Shown: positions 9,194 to 21,123 of the stretch, piece after piece
How the letters are laid out: the number at the start of each line of letters is the position of its first letter
Position numbering within the stretch: position 1 is the stretch's first letter
DNA from: Pseudomonas phage PhiPA3
Sequence record: HQ630627.1
Direction: 5' to 3' (one strand)
DNA: 64,000 nucleotides
Notes under the pieces: generated by a model
Seen by the model: only the letters and a program-made list of their open reading frames with translations
Databases searched by the model: none
What the model was told of the DNA's origin: nothing
Translations under genes and position numbers: made by a program

Positions 9194-9787
9194 ATGGAAC
9201 GCAACCACAACGAACAACAAGTAATCCTTTCCCTAGAGATGTACAATACGCTGCTAGCGATGGCTGCCGACAGCCCCCGCTATACAACCAAACGGATTGA
9301 GAAGCATGTCCGTAAGTTCAACCCGTATCTGCAACTTCCACATCAGCTCAGGGTTAAGGAGTTCGAAGCTTATCGCTCAAAGGAGATCCGTGAAGCACGA
9401 GCGTTCTTCAATAAGCATGTCGGCCAAACTGTTTATGCTCTAGTGAATATGGGCTCTTCCCGTGTGGAAGGCGAGAACGTATTCTGTCCCGTGGTGGTGA
9501 AACGACTGGACAAAGACCGTCGGTTCATCCGAGTCGCTGAAGTAAGTGATATTACGTTGGGTCTAAAGTGCACTGTTCGCGTATCGGCTAGTTCGCTTGC
9601 GCTGGAAATCCCTGATGACTTCATTGACGGAGTTGGAGCTTATCGTCGGTACAGGATTCGTGAGAACGGTCCGTTTGATATCCGTAAGAAAGAAGCCGAA
9701 GCGCAAGAAAAACGCCTATTGGATTCGCAAACGCACGTTCAATCCGAGATGTGTGATGAAGACATCCGCGTCGAAGTACGTGACTAG
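9194..9787 (+). CDS. hypothetical protein, paralog family A copy 2 (197 aa)
   Basis: Paralog of 6387-6941. Confidence 0.55.
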   Translation: MERNHNEQQVILSLEMYNTLLAMAADSPRYTTKRIEKHVRKFNPYLQLPHQLRVKEFEAYRSKEIREARAFFNKHVGQTVYALVNMGSSRVEGENVFCPVVVKRLDKDRRFIRVAEVSDITLGLKCTVRVSASSLALEIPDDFIDGVGAYRRYRIRENGPFDIRKKEAEAQEKRLLDSQTHVQSEMCDEDIRVEVRD

Positions 9788-9796
9788 GAGACTAAC

Positions 9797-10263
9797 ATGG
9801 CTAAATCGCGTATCCCTGTAGTAATTCCCGATTACGTGCTGGATGCACCGAAGCCCATGGCGACTGAACCGTTCATGGGTGCTTATGTAACTGCTTATCG
9901 TGGTTCGGCCATGGGGAAATCGGAACACCTCAGTCACCTCAAGGATGGCTTACATCCAGGTGAATTGGCGAAGATGAATGATTATCTAGAATACCTGGGG
10001 AGACTCCGCGATCTGGGAGGCACTGAATATCCACAGGTTAATCGTAATCCACTGGCACACGCGGTTAAGCTGGTAGTACAGGGGCGCTTGGATGATCTAC
10101 GTAACTGGTTTGATGTCAAAGAGAAAATGTGGTGGTCCTGGATCAATTGTACAGAATATTCCGGCGTGCGCCATCGTTTGATTTCATGGTTTACGTATAC
10201 CTGAACATGGAAGCCAACGGCGATGACTTGATGGATCCAAACAAGATTTACTGTGGTAGATAA
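9797..10263 (+). pseudogene. family B copy 2, frame-disrupted: frame 0 stops at 10204 and the conserved C-terminus (..DPNKIYC) continues in the -1 frame to 10263
   Basis: 9797-10204 aligns with 8597-9184 up to SGVRHR; ..YVYLNMEANGDDLMDPNKIYCGR is encoded in the -1 frame (10183-10263) and matches the ..YWYDIEGNMSELLDPNKVYC end of copy 1. Confidence 0.45.
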
Positions 10264-10294
10264 TCAGATAGGCTAAAACAAGGAAAGCTCTTAA

Positions 10295-10873
10295 ATGTCT
10301 GTACTCTCTGATAAAACTATTGCCCGCCTGTGCAATGGTGACCTCCCGATGATCGAACCGTTCTTTGCGGAATCGATCAAGCACGCTGAGGATGGTCACC
10401 GCATTGCTTCGTACGGTGTGAGCAGTTACGGTTATGACCTTCGCGCTGCTGGGGAATTCAAACTCTTCAAAGGTGTCCCGGAAGGGCAGGCTGTAGACTA
10501 CAAGAACATCACCGAAGACATGTTCGAAACCGTAGTTGGCGATAAGATCATCATCCCACCGCACGGCTTTATCCTGACTCGTTCTGTGGAGTACGTCCGT
10601 ATTCCGCGTAACGTACTGGCACTGTGCATCGGTAAGTCGACTATCGCCCGTGTGGGCATCAACTGTCTGTGCACTCCGATCGAACCGGAATGGGAAGGCC
10701 ACATCACCTTCGAATTCCACAACACTCTCGATCAACCGAACACCTTCTATGCCAACGAAGGTGTACTGCAACTGGTCTTCATCGAAGGCGATGAGCCGTG
10801 CATTACTTCGTATGCCGATCGTGGCGGTAAGTACCAGGGTCAGGGCGCCAACATCGTTCTACCGAAAGTGTAA
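10295..10873 (+). CDS. dcd: dCTP deaminase (dUTPase superfamily; possibly bifunctional dCTP deaminase/dUTPase)
   Basis: MSVLSDKTIARL N-terminus, GKSTIARVGI, PIEPEWEGHITFEFHN and YQGQ motifs typical of Dcd; RBS aaggaaag. Confidence 0.8.
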   Translation: MSVLSDKTIARLCNGDLPMIEPFFAESIKHAEDGHRIASYGVSSYGYDLRAAGEFKLFKGVPEGQAVDYKNITEDMFETVVGDKIIIPPHGFILTRSVEYVRIPRNVLALCIGKSTIARVGINCLCTPIEPEWEGHITFEFHNTLDQPNTFYANEGVLQLVFIEGDEPCITSYADRGGKYQGQGANIVLPKV

Positions 10874-10874
10874 A

Positions 10875-10900
10875 AACTTTTAGATCTATATCACGCCTTT
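10875..10900 (+). promoter_or_regulatory. variant promoter-like box (ttagatc-TATATCAC-g)
   Basis: One mismatch from the TATATTAC core; upstream ttagatc matches copy 7; 41 nt before ATG 10935. Confidence 0.35.
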
Positions 10901-10934
10901 GAATTGATTCCAAATCAACAAAAGGAAAATATAA

Positions 10935-11417
10935 ATGGCACGTGTACAAATCAACTCTTTCAAAGGTCTTGGGGAATTGATGGGCAAACCGGTTGAAGTT
11001 AAACCGGAACCGGTTAAGAAAAAGAAACCGAAGCCTGTCAAACGTGAAGATCTGAAGAAGGTTGAGGCGCCGAAGCCTGCTGAATCCGCTAAAGCAGAAG
11101 AGCCTCCTAAAAAGGCTCCCAAACGAAAGCGGGTGCCGCCGCCTCCGGAGAAGCGGGTTGTATATAAAGCCCCCACGACCATCAAGTTTGAAAAGTCCGC
11201 ATCGGAGCGGGCACTCCCAGATACGCGTGGTGTGTCGGAGCTCTGTAAGTTCAAACAAGAACTTTCGAAACACAGTTTGGAACTATTTGGTGGTGTGGTA
11301 CGACGTGTTAAAGACTGGAGTGATAGTCTGTTCCCTATCGAAGAGACCAAGTTCCAGAAAGAACTGATTGCTCAGTTTCAGTTGATCTACAACACGAAGT
11401 TCGTGCAAAAGGTGTGA
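10935..11417 (+). CDS. lysine/proline-rich basic protein (160 aa), low-complexity KP(E/K)P repeats
   Basis: KPEPVKKKKPKPVKREDLKKVEAPKPAESAKAEEPPKKAPKRKRVPPPPEKR; conserved aggaaaatataaATG context. Confidence 0.5.
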   Translation: MARVQINSFKGLGELMGKPVEVKPEPVKKKKPKPVKREDLKKVEAPKPAESAKAEEPPKKAPKRKRVPPPPEKRVVYKAPTTIKFEKSASERALPDTRGVSELCKFKQELSKHSLELFGGVVRRVKDWSDSLFPIEETKFQKELIAQFQLIYNTKFVQKV

Positions 11418-11426
11418 CGGCATATT

Positions 11427-11460
11427 GGGGTTCCTTCGGGAACCCCTCTATGACTATTTT
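11427..11460 (+). terminator. terminator-like hairpin (UUCG tetraloop), weak U-tract
   Basis: ggggttcc-ttcg-ggaacccc. Confidence 0.5.
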
Positions 11461-11475
11461 CTTTAGGAGAATCCA

Positions 11476-14023
<2,548 letters not shown>

Positions 14024-14038
14024 GACTTTGGGGATACC

Positions 14039-14293
14039 ATGCTTAATATCATCCGCCGTTTCTTCTTTCAACGTAAGTACAACCGCCTGATGCGTGAACA
14101 GTGGGACGAACGTGAAGCGTTCACCTCTAAAGTTCTCGATCAAGGTCACATGATCATCGCACCGGGCAAAGTGATACCCATTTCCGGTGGTAAGCGTACA
14201 GAAGTAACTGTCGATCTGGACGTCGAATACAAGACCATCCTATGGGAGCAGAAGCGTGCATTAGAGGCGCTGGTGGCGACCAAAAAGTTCTAA
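14039..14293 (+). CDS. hypothetical protein (84 aa)
   Basis: ORF with ggggataccATG context. Confidence 0.45.
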   Translation: MLNIIRRFFFQRKYNRLMREQWDEREAFTSKVLDQGHMIIAPGKVIPISGGKRTEVTVDLDVEYKTILWEQKRALEALVATKKF

Positions 14294-14310
14294 CAAAAAA
14301 GGATTGGCCC

Positions 14311-14529
14311 GTGAAAACCCTCCTCAGGCGTGCGCTACTCATTATCAGGCATGTACTGTGGTTGATCGGATTCAGTTTTCGGGTAGGTAGTGATCGCATG
14401 GGAGACGTACGTCGGAAATTCAGCGCTGATCGCGGTGGGTACATCCGTCCACTCCATAAAGATCGCAACATGGAACTGAGTCTGCATCAGCTTCACTTTG
14501 AATCTGATTGGCAGTTGGCAAAATATTAA
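14311..14529 (+). CDS. hypothetical protein (72 aa), GTG start; uncertain
   Basis: aagga RBS before the GTG; ORF ends before terminator 14535. Confidence 0.3.
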   Translation: MKTLLRRALLIIRHVLWLIGFSFRVGSDRMGDVRRKFSADRGGYIRPLHKDRNMELSLHQLHFESDWQLAKY

Positions 14530-14534
14530 GGACT

Positions 14535-14560
14535 AGCCTCTCCTCCGGGAGAGGCTTTAT
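14535..14560 (+). terminator. rho-independent terminator
   Basis: agcctctcc-tccg-ggagaggct + ttat. Confidence 0.6.
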
Positions 14561-14579
14561 CCCGTTAGGAGAATACAAG

Positions 14580-15677
14580 ATGCAAATGCTTAAAGATATC
14601 TACAACCATTTTCGTACGAAACGTGTTCCCACCATGACCACGTTCCAAACCTTATTCAAGAACGGTGCAACGGTCATCCGTATTATCGATGGGGAGAAAA
14701 AGTTCTGGGTGTACGGTACAGGTGAGTTGATTGGCGACACCTACGAACTGTACTACTATTACATGAACGAGGAATACGATCGCGTAAAAAATGTAGTTAT
14801 CACTCCGTTGGATACACGAGCTTTCTTTGACTTGGATCTGGTAAGTGATTGGCCCAATGCCAAGGTTCGGGTACAGCATAATAGAGACGCCCAGGATGAA
14901 TTCATCCTAAAAACTATCTGTGAACGTAGTTTCGAGAACTGGCTCGTTAGTTCTGCCTACGTGAAGGCGTGGAAGACTTGGTTGGAAAAACCGTTGTATG
15001 AGCGTATACCTCGTGGCCATGGGGTTAAAGTGGGTAGTATCAGTAATCGTGACCTGTTTGCTATGTCCAACGTGGCTGATGGCGCAGACTACATTACCCT
15101 GTACGACTGTAAGGGTGAAATGTTCCAGATGCCGTATGCCATACTGGACTCGGACTTCTGGCATCATCACGAGGATAGCTTGGGCTATCCAGAATACATT
15201 CCATTGACCGTACCGCCCAAGCGACAAGCTTTGCATCACGATGATCCTCGTCGTTGGGTTGTTATCGAGCGTGTAACGGATCATGGACTGGATTACGCTG
15301 TACGTGGGCGCTACGCCGGTGAAGCGCTCCTGAAACCTACGGAAATCTTCAACATCACCATCGAACTAGATGGTCCTAACCTTGCTGGCCGTGATATCAA
15401 CCTCCAAGACATGTTGTTATTGGCTATTCTGCGTGATCCGTCCATGCAAGAGTTGGATCAGTTCCGAGTGTATCTAAACAACATTCGGATCAAGCATGCT
15501 GGGTTTGATGCTATCTTCTCTGCGTGGACCACCCGCCAGAGAGATAACAGTGAATGGCGTAATACTCATCCGTACATCTTCATCAAAGATAATGGTCGAC
15601 CTCAGGTTATCCATGATGAACGGACAGTGTATGTACGGTACGTTAATGCTGAAAGCGTGGAGACTGAACTTGATTAA
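14580..15677 (+). CDS. hypothetical protein (365 aa)
   Basis: taggagaatacaagATG after the terminator; start moved from the listed 14508. Confidence 0.6.
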   Translation: MQMLKDIYNHFRTKRVPTMTTFQTLFKNGATVIRIIDGEKKFWVYGTGELIGDTYELYYYYMNEEYDRVKNVVITPLDTRAFFDLDLVSDWPNAKVRVQHNRDAQDEFILKTICERSFENWLVSSAYVKAWKTWLEKPLYERIPRGHGVKVGSISNRDLFAMSNVADGADYITLYDCKGEMFQMPYAILDSDFWHHHEDSLGYPEYIPLTVPPKRQALHHDDPRRWVVIERVTDHGLDYAVRGRYAGEALLKPTEIFNITIELDGPNLAGRDINLQDMLLLAILRDPSMQELDQFRVYLNNIRIKHAGFDAIFSAWTTRQRDNSEWRNTHPYIFIKDNGRPQVIHDERTVYVRYVNAESVETELD

Positions 15678-16134
15678 ACGGCTATTGAAGAAACTCTTCA
15701 GGCCCGTTGATCCGTATGCTCACTACGAGAAGGAACTAAAGTTCCTCGCATCCTGTGATCCACATGGCCTGATTTTCAATCGTTGGATTGTCAAAGTTCC
15801 GTTGTGTGCTCTCCCCTACATGACACGAGTGGGGAAGATCTTCGGACCTGCTGTAGTGACATCCATCATCGCTAAGGTACATAACAGTCCGTTCCGTAAG
15901 GAGTTCTTTACGGACCTGGCCAACTGGTTAGATAGCCCAACGTCCATTGAAGTCTTCAACAGTGGGCATTACACTGATCGAGCTAAAGCCATCCATTTCG
16001 CTAGTTTCTTAGGCGGATACTGGAATGATTCTACTGACCAGTATTTATGGTACAGTCAATTGCGTTTTGGTTTGAGTTCGATGAGTGCGGCTAACGCTAA
16101 GATCCGTGTTGTTACGGAAGATCGTTTCGCATAA
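15646..16134 (+). CDS. hypothetical protein (about 162 aa); start uncertain
   Basis: ORF 15496-16134; internal ATG 15646 overlaps the upstream end. Confidence 0.4.
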   Translation: MLKAWRLNLIKRLLKKLFRPVDPYAHYEKELKFLASCDPHGLIFNRWIVKVPLCALPYMTRVGKIFGPAVVTSIIAKVHNSPFRKEFFTDLANWLDSPTSIEVFNSGHYTDRAKAIHFASFLGGYWNDSTDQYLWYSQLRFGLSSMSAANAKIRVVTEDRFA

Positions 16135-16140
16135 GACCTA

Positions 16141-16170
16141 CGCCCTTGACTTAGGTTGAGGGCGTTATGT
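16141..16170 (+). terminator. weak hairpin
   Basis: cgccct..agggcg with a 12-nt loop. Confidence 0.25.
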
Positions 16171-16186
16171 CGCCTAGGAGAATCCA

Positions 16187-16603
16187 ATGAACAAAAATAT
16201 AGCCATGGCGGTGATGCTCCCCACCAGCCCAAATTCAGGAAACTACGAAAGTATTCGTCGTTCCAATGCTGAACCTATGGATCTGGAGGAGTATTACACG
16301 CGCCTTCATGAAACTCCGGAAACCAGTTCTCTACCAGAGAGGTTTGCTGAGGTGATCAGACAGCGGTATTCGACTCGCCGTGGTAAACGTAAGTATTACC
16401 GTAAAGAAGACCTCAATGACTTTGCTATTTGGTTGGCAGACTTCCGTTATTTCCTAATTGAGGCATGTGACGGTAATGAAGATCTTCGCATTATCCGGCA
16501 ACAATTCAAGGATCGTATGAAGACCAGTGAGAGGCGTAACTCTTTCTTCAAAGTCACCCGGATGCAGCAATACTTTAAGGAAGCAAAAGGGGACATTCGA
16601 TGA
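16187..16603 (+). CDS. hypothetical protein (138 aa)
   Basis: ctaggagaatccaATG. Confidence 0.5.
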   Translation: MNKNIAMAVMLPTSPNSGNYESIRRSNAEPMDLEEYYTRLHETPETSSLPERFAEVIRQRYSTRRGKRKYYRKEDLNDFAIWLADFRYFLIEACDGNEDLRIIRQQFKDRMKTSERRNSFFKVTRMQQYFKEAKGDIR

Positions 16604-17031
16604 ACAGTACTCAAAAGGTACTCATCATTGATGGCGGTTCACTAACCACACAAATGACAGCGGCGCTGATCGCGACCTGCAAGAGAGAGTGTATCGAGAT
16701 AGAGGAGTACAAACCCTGTGAAAAGGGTTATCTACCTTATCCCGATTTAAGCGGTCTTAACCGCAACCTTATACCGTACTTTGAAACCGAAGAGTCGGGT
16801 GAGTACGACCGTGTGCCTACGTCCACTTACGAGAAGAGACAATTCAAGAAGTCGGACAAACAGCAAGAAGCAGCTGCATTGTGGCTAAAGACAGCCTATG
16901 CTTTAGACCACGCTAAAACAAAAGAAGAACGACACCACATTGTGAAGGGATACAAAAGTCAAAGACGTATTTTGCGTCTACAACACGCTGGGGTGATACT
17001 CACTCGTCTCCACGAGTGTACTTTGAAATAG
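16600..17031 (+). CDS. hypothetical protein (143 aa)
   Basis: ATGA overlap. Confidence 0.5.
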   Translation: MNSTQKVLIIDGGSLTTQMTAALIATCKRECIEIEEYKPCEKGYLPYPDLSGLNRNLIPYFETEESGEYDRVPTSTYEKRQFKKSDKQQEAAALWLKTAYALDHAKTKEERHHIVKGYKSQRRILRLQHAGVILTRLHECTLK

Positions 17032-17074
17032 TGGGTACCGCGTTGGTACTTCACGTCTGGAGGTACTAACCCCA

Positions 17075-17395
17075 ATGGAACTCCTGATACCCCTTAAAGA
17101 AGACAACGACTTCCAGGACGATATCTTCAAGTATGGGGATCTTTCTGGTTGCATCAGCGTCGTCGATAAGAATGGTAATAGTGATTATGACTACCAAGTA
17201 TCAGTTGAGGAAGACCGTGACTTCCCGAATGAATGGACGGTTGTAATCCAACAAGCCGTTCCGGATACCGCTAAGTTGAATCTTAAATTCAAGCGATATT
17301 GGTTTAAGTACAACTCTGTGTCTGGTCATTTTGCGGGCGAACCATTCTTCTACTCAGGATTGAGTAAAAGGCTAATCCGCGTCGAAGTGCCGTAA
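17075..17395 (+). CDS. hypothetical acidic protein (106 aa)
   Basis: ORF ending at terminator 17404. Confidence 0.5.
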   Translation: MELLIPLKEDNDFQDDIFKYGDLSGCISVVDKNGNSDYDYQVSVEEDRDFPNEWTVVIQQAVPDTAKLNLKFKRYWFKYNSVSGHFAGEPFFYSGLSKRLIRVEVP

Positions 17396-17403
17396 GGCAT
17401 AAT

Positions 17404-17432
17404 AGCCTCCCTTCGGGGAGGCTTTATATTTC
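17404..17432 (+). terminator. rho-independent terminator (UUCG)
   Basis: agcctccc-ttcg-gggaggct + ttatatttcccc. Confidence 0.7.
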
Positions 17433-17526
17433 CCCTAGGTGAATCCAATGCCCCATCGTAAAGTTCTCAACAATATCATGGAGCTATAGTAGAACAAGGT
17501 ATGAGGTTATAACCAACAGGACTCTT

Positions 17527-17922
17527 ATGAGTACACGATTACACACCACCATTTTTAACTTACCGTATCACTACAAAGGCAAGTATTCAGAACGCTTTAA
17601 AGAGATGCGGGAGGTTGGTGTAGAAGCTCTGGAATTTACCGACATGGACATTGAGGGAATTATCAATGGTGATACCCAACGTGATCATGATGAGCTTAAG
17701 TTTTACAAAGAGACCTGGCTTGAGAAACCCAGGCACATCTGTTTCACAATCTTTGAGAAACGGCGCAACCGTATAGTTGTTGAACTCCATGTAGAACTCG
17801 ATAAGAAACGAGTCTACTGGGTAAAACCCCGCATGAGATGGGGACTGCCAAACATGATCGTCAAACTCAAAGTGATCCAAGACCTGTCTAAACAACAATG
17901 GATTGGATCAATGCAGGTGTAA
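17527..17922 (+). CDS. hypothetical protein (131 aa)
   Basis: ORF. Confidence 0.5.
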   Translation: MSTRLHTTIFNLPYHYKGKYSERFKEMREVGVEALEFTDMDIEGIINGDTQRDHDELKFYKETWLEKPRHICFTIFEKRRNRIVVELHVELDKKRVYWVKPRMRWGLPNMIVKLKVIQDLSKQQWIGSMQV

Positions 17923-17924
17923 CC

Positions 17925-18344
17925 ATGACAGTACGAGTCGTAATTCCGTTGTACAAGGGCGTTAGAGGGAACTTGAAACAGTTCTTTTATTCTAGGAATG
18001 GGGAGTTTGATAAGCGATTCGTCTGGTGGATTACGCCGATCGCGTGCTATATGCCAGATGGTTTAGCTGTGGGCGAACTGAAAACTGTACCTACAGTTAG
18101 TCGCTATGAAGGGCAGATCGAATTCGAGGTATGGGATAAGCTGCGTAGAGCTACACCAAAGTTAGTAGCCAAGGTAAAGATCGACGCAGATGACGATACT
18201 TATGAAGTCGAGCTTGAAGACTATTACATGACTCAACGACTACAATTGGAATTTAATCTCCATCAGTCAAACACCGTACATGAGTCTCAAGCGTTCAGGA
18301 ACAAGACTCACCATGGCGATTGGAGCTACAGAGACAAGGTCTAA
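17925..18344 (+). CDS. hypothetical protein (139 aa)
   Basis: ATG immediately after the upstream stop (gtgtaaccATG). Confidence 0.45.
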   Translation: MTVRVVIPLYKGVRGNLKQFFYSRNGEFDKRFVWWITPIACYMPDGLAVGELKTVPTVSRYEGQIEFEVWDKLRRATPKLVAKVKIDADDDTYEVELEDYYMTQRLQLEFNLHQSNTVHESQAFRNKTHHGDWSYRDKV

Positions 18345-18466
18345 TGCGGTTGAAGAAGACACTTAAGCGTAGATGGCGCCGCTGGCGTCGAGAACACCGG
18401 GGACGGGTGTTGGAATCCATTTCAAGTTCCCTACCTTTTTGTCAACTAGAACCTAAGGCAAAGCGT

Positions 18467-18640
18467 ATGTCAGAAAAACAAAAGAACGCCGAACGCATCG
18501 CTGACTTGGAACAACTGCTAGATACCCAAGCCGAGCAGATGACGCAGCTGTGCACCAAGCTTAGTGAGCAAGGGAAACTGCTTGCATCCATGGGTGAGCG
18601 TCTAGCTAAGCTAGAAAACGAATGCCGACTCGGACAGTAA
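18467..18640 (+). CDS. small coiled-coil protein (57 aa)
   Basis: MSEKQKNAERIADLEQLLDTQAEQMTQL.. heptad pattern; ends at terminator 18644. Confidence 0.35.
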   Translation: MSEKQKNAERIADLEQLLDTQAEQMTQLCTKLSEQGKLLASMGERLAKLENECRLGQ

Positions 18641-18643
18641 TTG

Positions 18644-18672
18644 GGAGTCCCTTTGCGGGACTCCATTTATCC
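18644..18672 (+). terminator. rho-independent terminator
   Basis: ggagtccc-tttgc-gggactcc + atttatccc. Confidence 0.6.
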
Positions 18673-18685
18673 CTCTGGAGGAATT

Positions 18686-19378
18686 ATGATTTACATTGGC
18701 GTCATTGATTGGAAGAAGTTTACCTTTTTCTGTGCGGAACTGAAAACTCCGCAAATCAGCAAGTTCGTTGCCGAGAAAGGTAGTGATCTGTATAAAGCCT
18801 TCGACCAATTCATTCGCGACAATATCGAGTGGATTCCACAGACGGCTTATAATCGGGAAACTCAAGTCATTGTACGTGTAAGCTGCCGACCAAACGATGT
18901 GATTGAGAGCAGCTACAACTACATCGTCAACTCCGACCTGTACGGTTATAAAGGTCGTGGTGTAGTTACCGAAAACCCTGCACTGGCGATGGTTGAACGC
19001 TTCACTGAACGGATGGAAGAATCTTTCGAGGTGAAGCTGGTTGATGAAGCTAATCCGTATCTCTTCGGTTTGGACCTAGCATGGCGTCCGGAAGCTCAAG
19101 AGTGCATCATTCGTTACACGGCTACTCTGAATATCGAGAAGGCCTGGGTGTTTAGGGCTACTGTTTATAATCAGGCCATCCCGGAAAATGAAAACGCGCC
19201 TTTCGCGATGCTCCGTAAGAAAGAACTAGGTGCACCAGATACAGATTGGGAAGACGTACGCGAACTGACTGAAGCGGAGTTCAATGAAGAATTCGCCAGT
19301 CCTACCTCGGGTGAAGTCGATCGTGTTATTGACGATATTCCGGCAGAGATTCGTCCGGAAGACGTAAACCCAAAATAA
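18686..19378 (+). CDS. hypothetical protein (230 aa)
   Basis: ggaggaattATG RBS. Confidence 0.55.
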   Translation: MIYIGVIDWKKFTFFCAELKTPQISKFVAEKGSDLYKAFDQFIRDNIEWIPQTAYNRETQVIVRVSCRPNDVIESSYNYIVNSDLYGYKGRGVVTENPALAMVERFTERMEESFEVKLVDEANPYLFGLDLAWRPEAQECIIRYTATLNIEKAWVFRATVYNQAIPENENAPFAMLRKKELGAPDTDWEDVRELTEAEFNEEFASPTSGEVDRVIDDIPAEIRPEDVNPK

Positions 19379-19385
19379 CTTCAGT

Positions 19386-19411
19386 GGAGCCTTCGGGCTC
19401 CCTTTTATTTC
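19386..19411 (+). terminator. rho-independent terminator (UUCG)
   Basis: ggagcc-ttcg-ggctcc + cttttatttcg. Confidence 0.7.
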
Positions 19412-19428
19412 GACAAAAGGAAAATGTA

Positions 19429-20655
19429 ATGAGCTTTTTCAAAACCCTTAAAGATATTTTCTTCCCTGCTACGTTTTCAGAACGTGAAGAACTCAGTCGC
19501 GCCGAGATCCGGGCACAACACATTGCGGCTGAGGCAGCTGCTCAACAGGTATCGGTGGATGATCGTACCCGTCGAGAAAAAGCCGCATTAGAAGCACTCA
19601 ACGGCGACCTCCCTGTTGAAGTTTGCTATGGTGATGACATTATTGGCGTGTTCACCAAAGATGGTTATTTTGGAGCATATGACCGTAATACTTGGAAAGA
19701 AGTGGCTAGGGTAAAGGGCCTGAAGGAAGTTCCTTTCCAAGTACGCGATGTATTCATGACTCGAATCAGCGTAGTCAAGAAGGACACCACCCATACCCGT
19801 CAGCGCCCATCGGAACTCGAAGATGGATGGAAGCGAATCGTTAGCGCCTTTGATCACCTCGGTGTTAAAGTGGAAGTCGGCAAAAGAAAGGATGATATCC
19901 ATTGGATCCATCGCAGCTGGGAACACCTTAGTGCCAGAGAGCACTATAGCTTTATTCCCCAGGGAGCGGGTGTCCCTTGCCGTCGTAACGGTCTTTGGTT
20001 TGTGACGGGTTATGACACCGCGAGTAAAGAGCTGACCGTCGTGCGTTTAGAAGACGGGGTGATTGTGGACAAACGTACTCCGGCCGCTTGGGTATTCCAG
20101 GAACTGGAGTTCCAGAAAGATGAACTTGCCGATACATTGATTTGGTTCGATAACCCCATCAAGAAACTCAATGGCTCGATGGCCACTTACCTGATCTCGC
20201 ATCATGATGTTCGGGTTAGTCTGTATCCCATCGTAGATACCCAACTAAATAAACGGGCAGCATTCAGCTATTGGCGTAACCAGGGTTTGATGCGGTATCG
20301 CTTTGACTACGACGTAATTATCAACTTCAACAACCTCGGTATCATTCCTGGCGTAGATATCAGCGTGATGAAAGCAGAAGAGCTGATCGCTATGATTAAG
20401 CATTACATTCCTGCTACCGGGAATTGGATTGCAAATGGTGAAGTATGCCTGGAGCGCGTGAAGGTCAGTATCGATGGAGAGGTGTTCGATGGGGATCTGA
20501 GTGAAGCACTGAAAAGCAAGGATGTTGTACTGGATATCGATCTGGATCACGCTGAACTGACCGAAGAACAACAGCAAGTCATAGATCACCTACGTCGCGA
20601 AGAGTTCGATAAACAGGCTGTAACTTATACCTACCGCGGTAAGGTACTGGAGTAA
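19429..20655 (+). CDS. hypothetical protein (408 aa)
   Basis: aaaaggaaaatgtaATG context. Confidence 0.6.
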   Translation: MSFFKTLKDIFFPATFSEREELSRAEIRAQHIAAEAAAQQVSVDDRTRREKAALEALNGDLPVEVCYGDDIIGVFTKDGYFGAYDRNTWKEVARVKGLKEVPFQVRDVFMTRISVVKKDTTHTRQRPSELEDGWKRIVSAFDHLGVKVEVGKRKDDIHWIHRSWEHLSAREHYSFIPQGAGVPCRRNGLWFVTGYDTASKELTVVRLEDGVIVDKRTPAAWVFQELEFQKDELADTLIWFDNPIKKLNGSMATYLISHHDVRVSLYPIVDTQLNKRAAFSYWRNQGLMRYRFDYDVIINFNNLGIIPGVDISVMKAEELIAMIKHYIPATGNWIANGEVCLERVKVSIDGEVFDGDLSEALKSKDVVLDIDLDHAELTEEQQQVIDHLRREEFDKQAVTYTYRGKVLE

Positions 20656-20719
20656 TAATGGATAAAAGGTATCGTTCCTACCTTTATATTCTGACCTAAC
20701 AACCAAAGGTACCAACGTG

Positions 20720-21088
20720 ATGCAATGTTTTACACACGTAACGCGACTTCTGGTTGTAGCGGCCCTTGTGGTACTGCCGTTGCAAGCAAAGTCAGCTGAG
20801 GTGGTTGATACGGATGGGATTTGTCATATGACTGCCCTCCTGGATCAGGCTACTGCCGAAGCACGGGATCGAGGTGATACCGTGAATCAGCAGCAGGGCG
20901 CCCTCCTCGCCCTTCAAAAAGGGTACGGCGTGAAGAACAAAGATAACGTTCTTTACAGCGTCTTACCGAAAGCGATACAAGAAGTCCGTAGTGTCTATCA
21001 GAAGCGACAGCCTCCGAAAGAAGCTTATGTGACTGCTTATAACGCCTGTATGTCAGACCGTTTCAACCGGATGGTTGCAGCGCAGTAG
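20720..21088 (+). CDS. secreted/periplasmic protein with signal peptide (122 aa)
   Basis: MQCFTHVTRLLVVAALVVLPLQAKSAEV: hydrophobic h-region plus an A-x-A-like cleavage site. Confidence 0.5.
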   Translation: MQCFTHVTRLLVVAALVVLPLQAKSAEVVDTDGICHMTALLDQATAEARDRGDTVNQQQGALLALQKGYGVKNKDNVLYSVLPKAIQEVRSVYQKRQPPKEAYVTAYNACMSDRFNRMVAAQ

Positions 21089-21097
21089 TATCATACT

Positions 21098-21123
21098 GCC
21101 TCCCTGCGGGGAGGCTTTATGTC
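21098..21123 (+). terminator. rho-independent terminator
   Basis: gcctccc-tgcg-gggaggc + tttatgtc. Confidence 0.65.

Noticed and set aside
10184-10771. 195-aa minus-strand ORF
   Set aside because: Antisense to the dCTP deaminase gene and the end of the family B gene; shadow ORF.
17440-17485. 13-codon ORF after a taggtgaatccaATG context (MPHRKVLNNIMEL)
   Set aside because: Too short and without conservation evidence. It may be a vestigial initiation context rather than a gene. Noted only because the RBS context is the conserved one.
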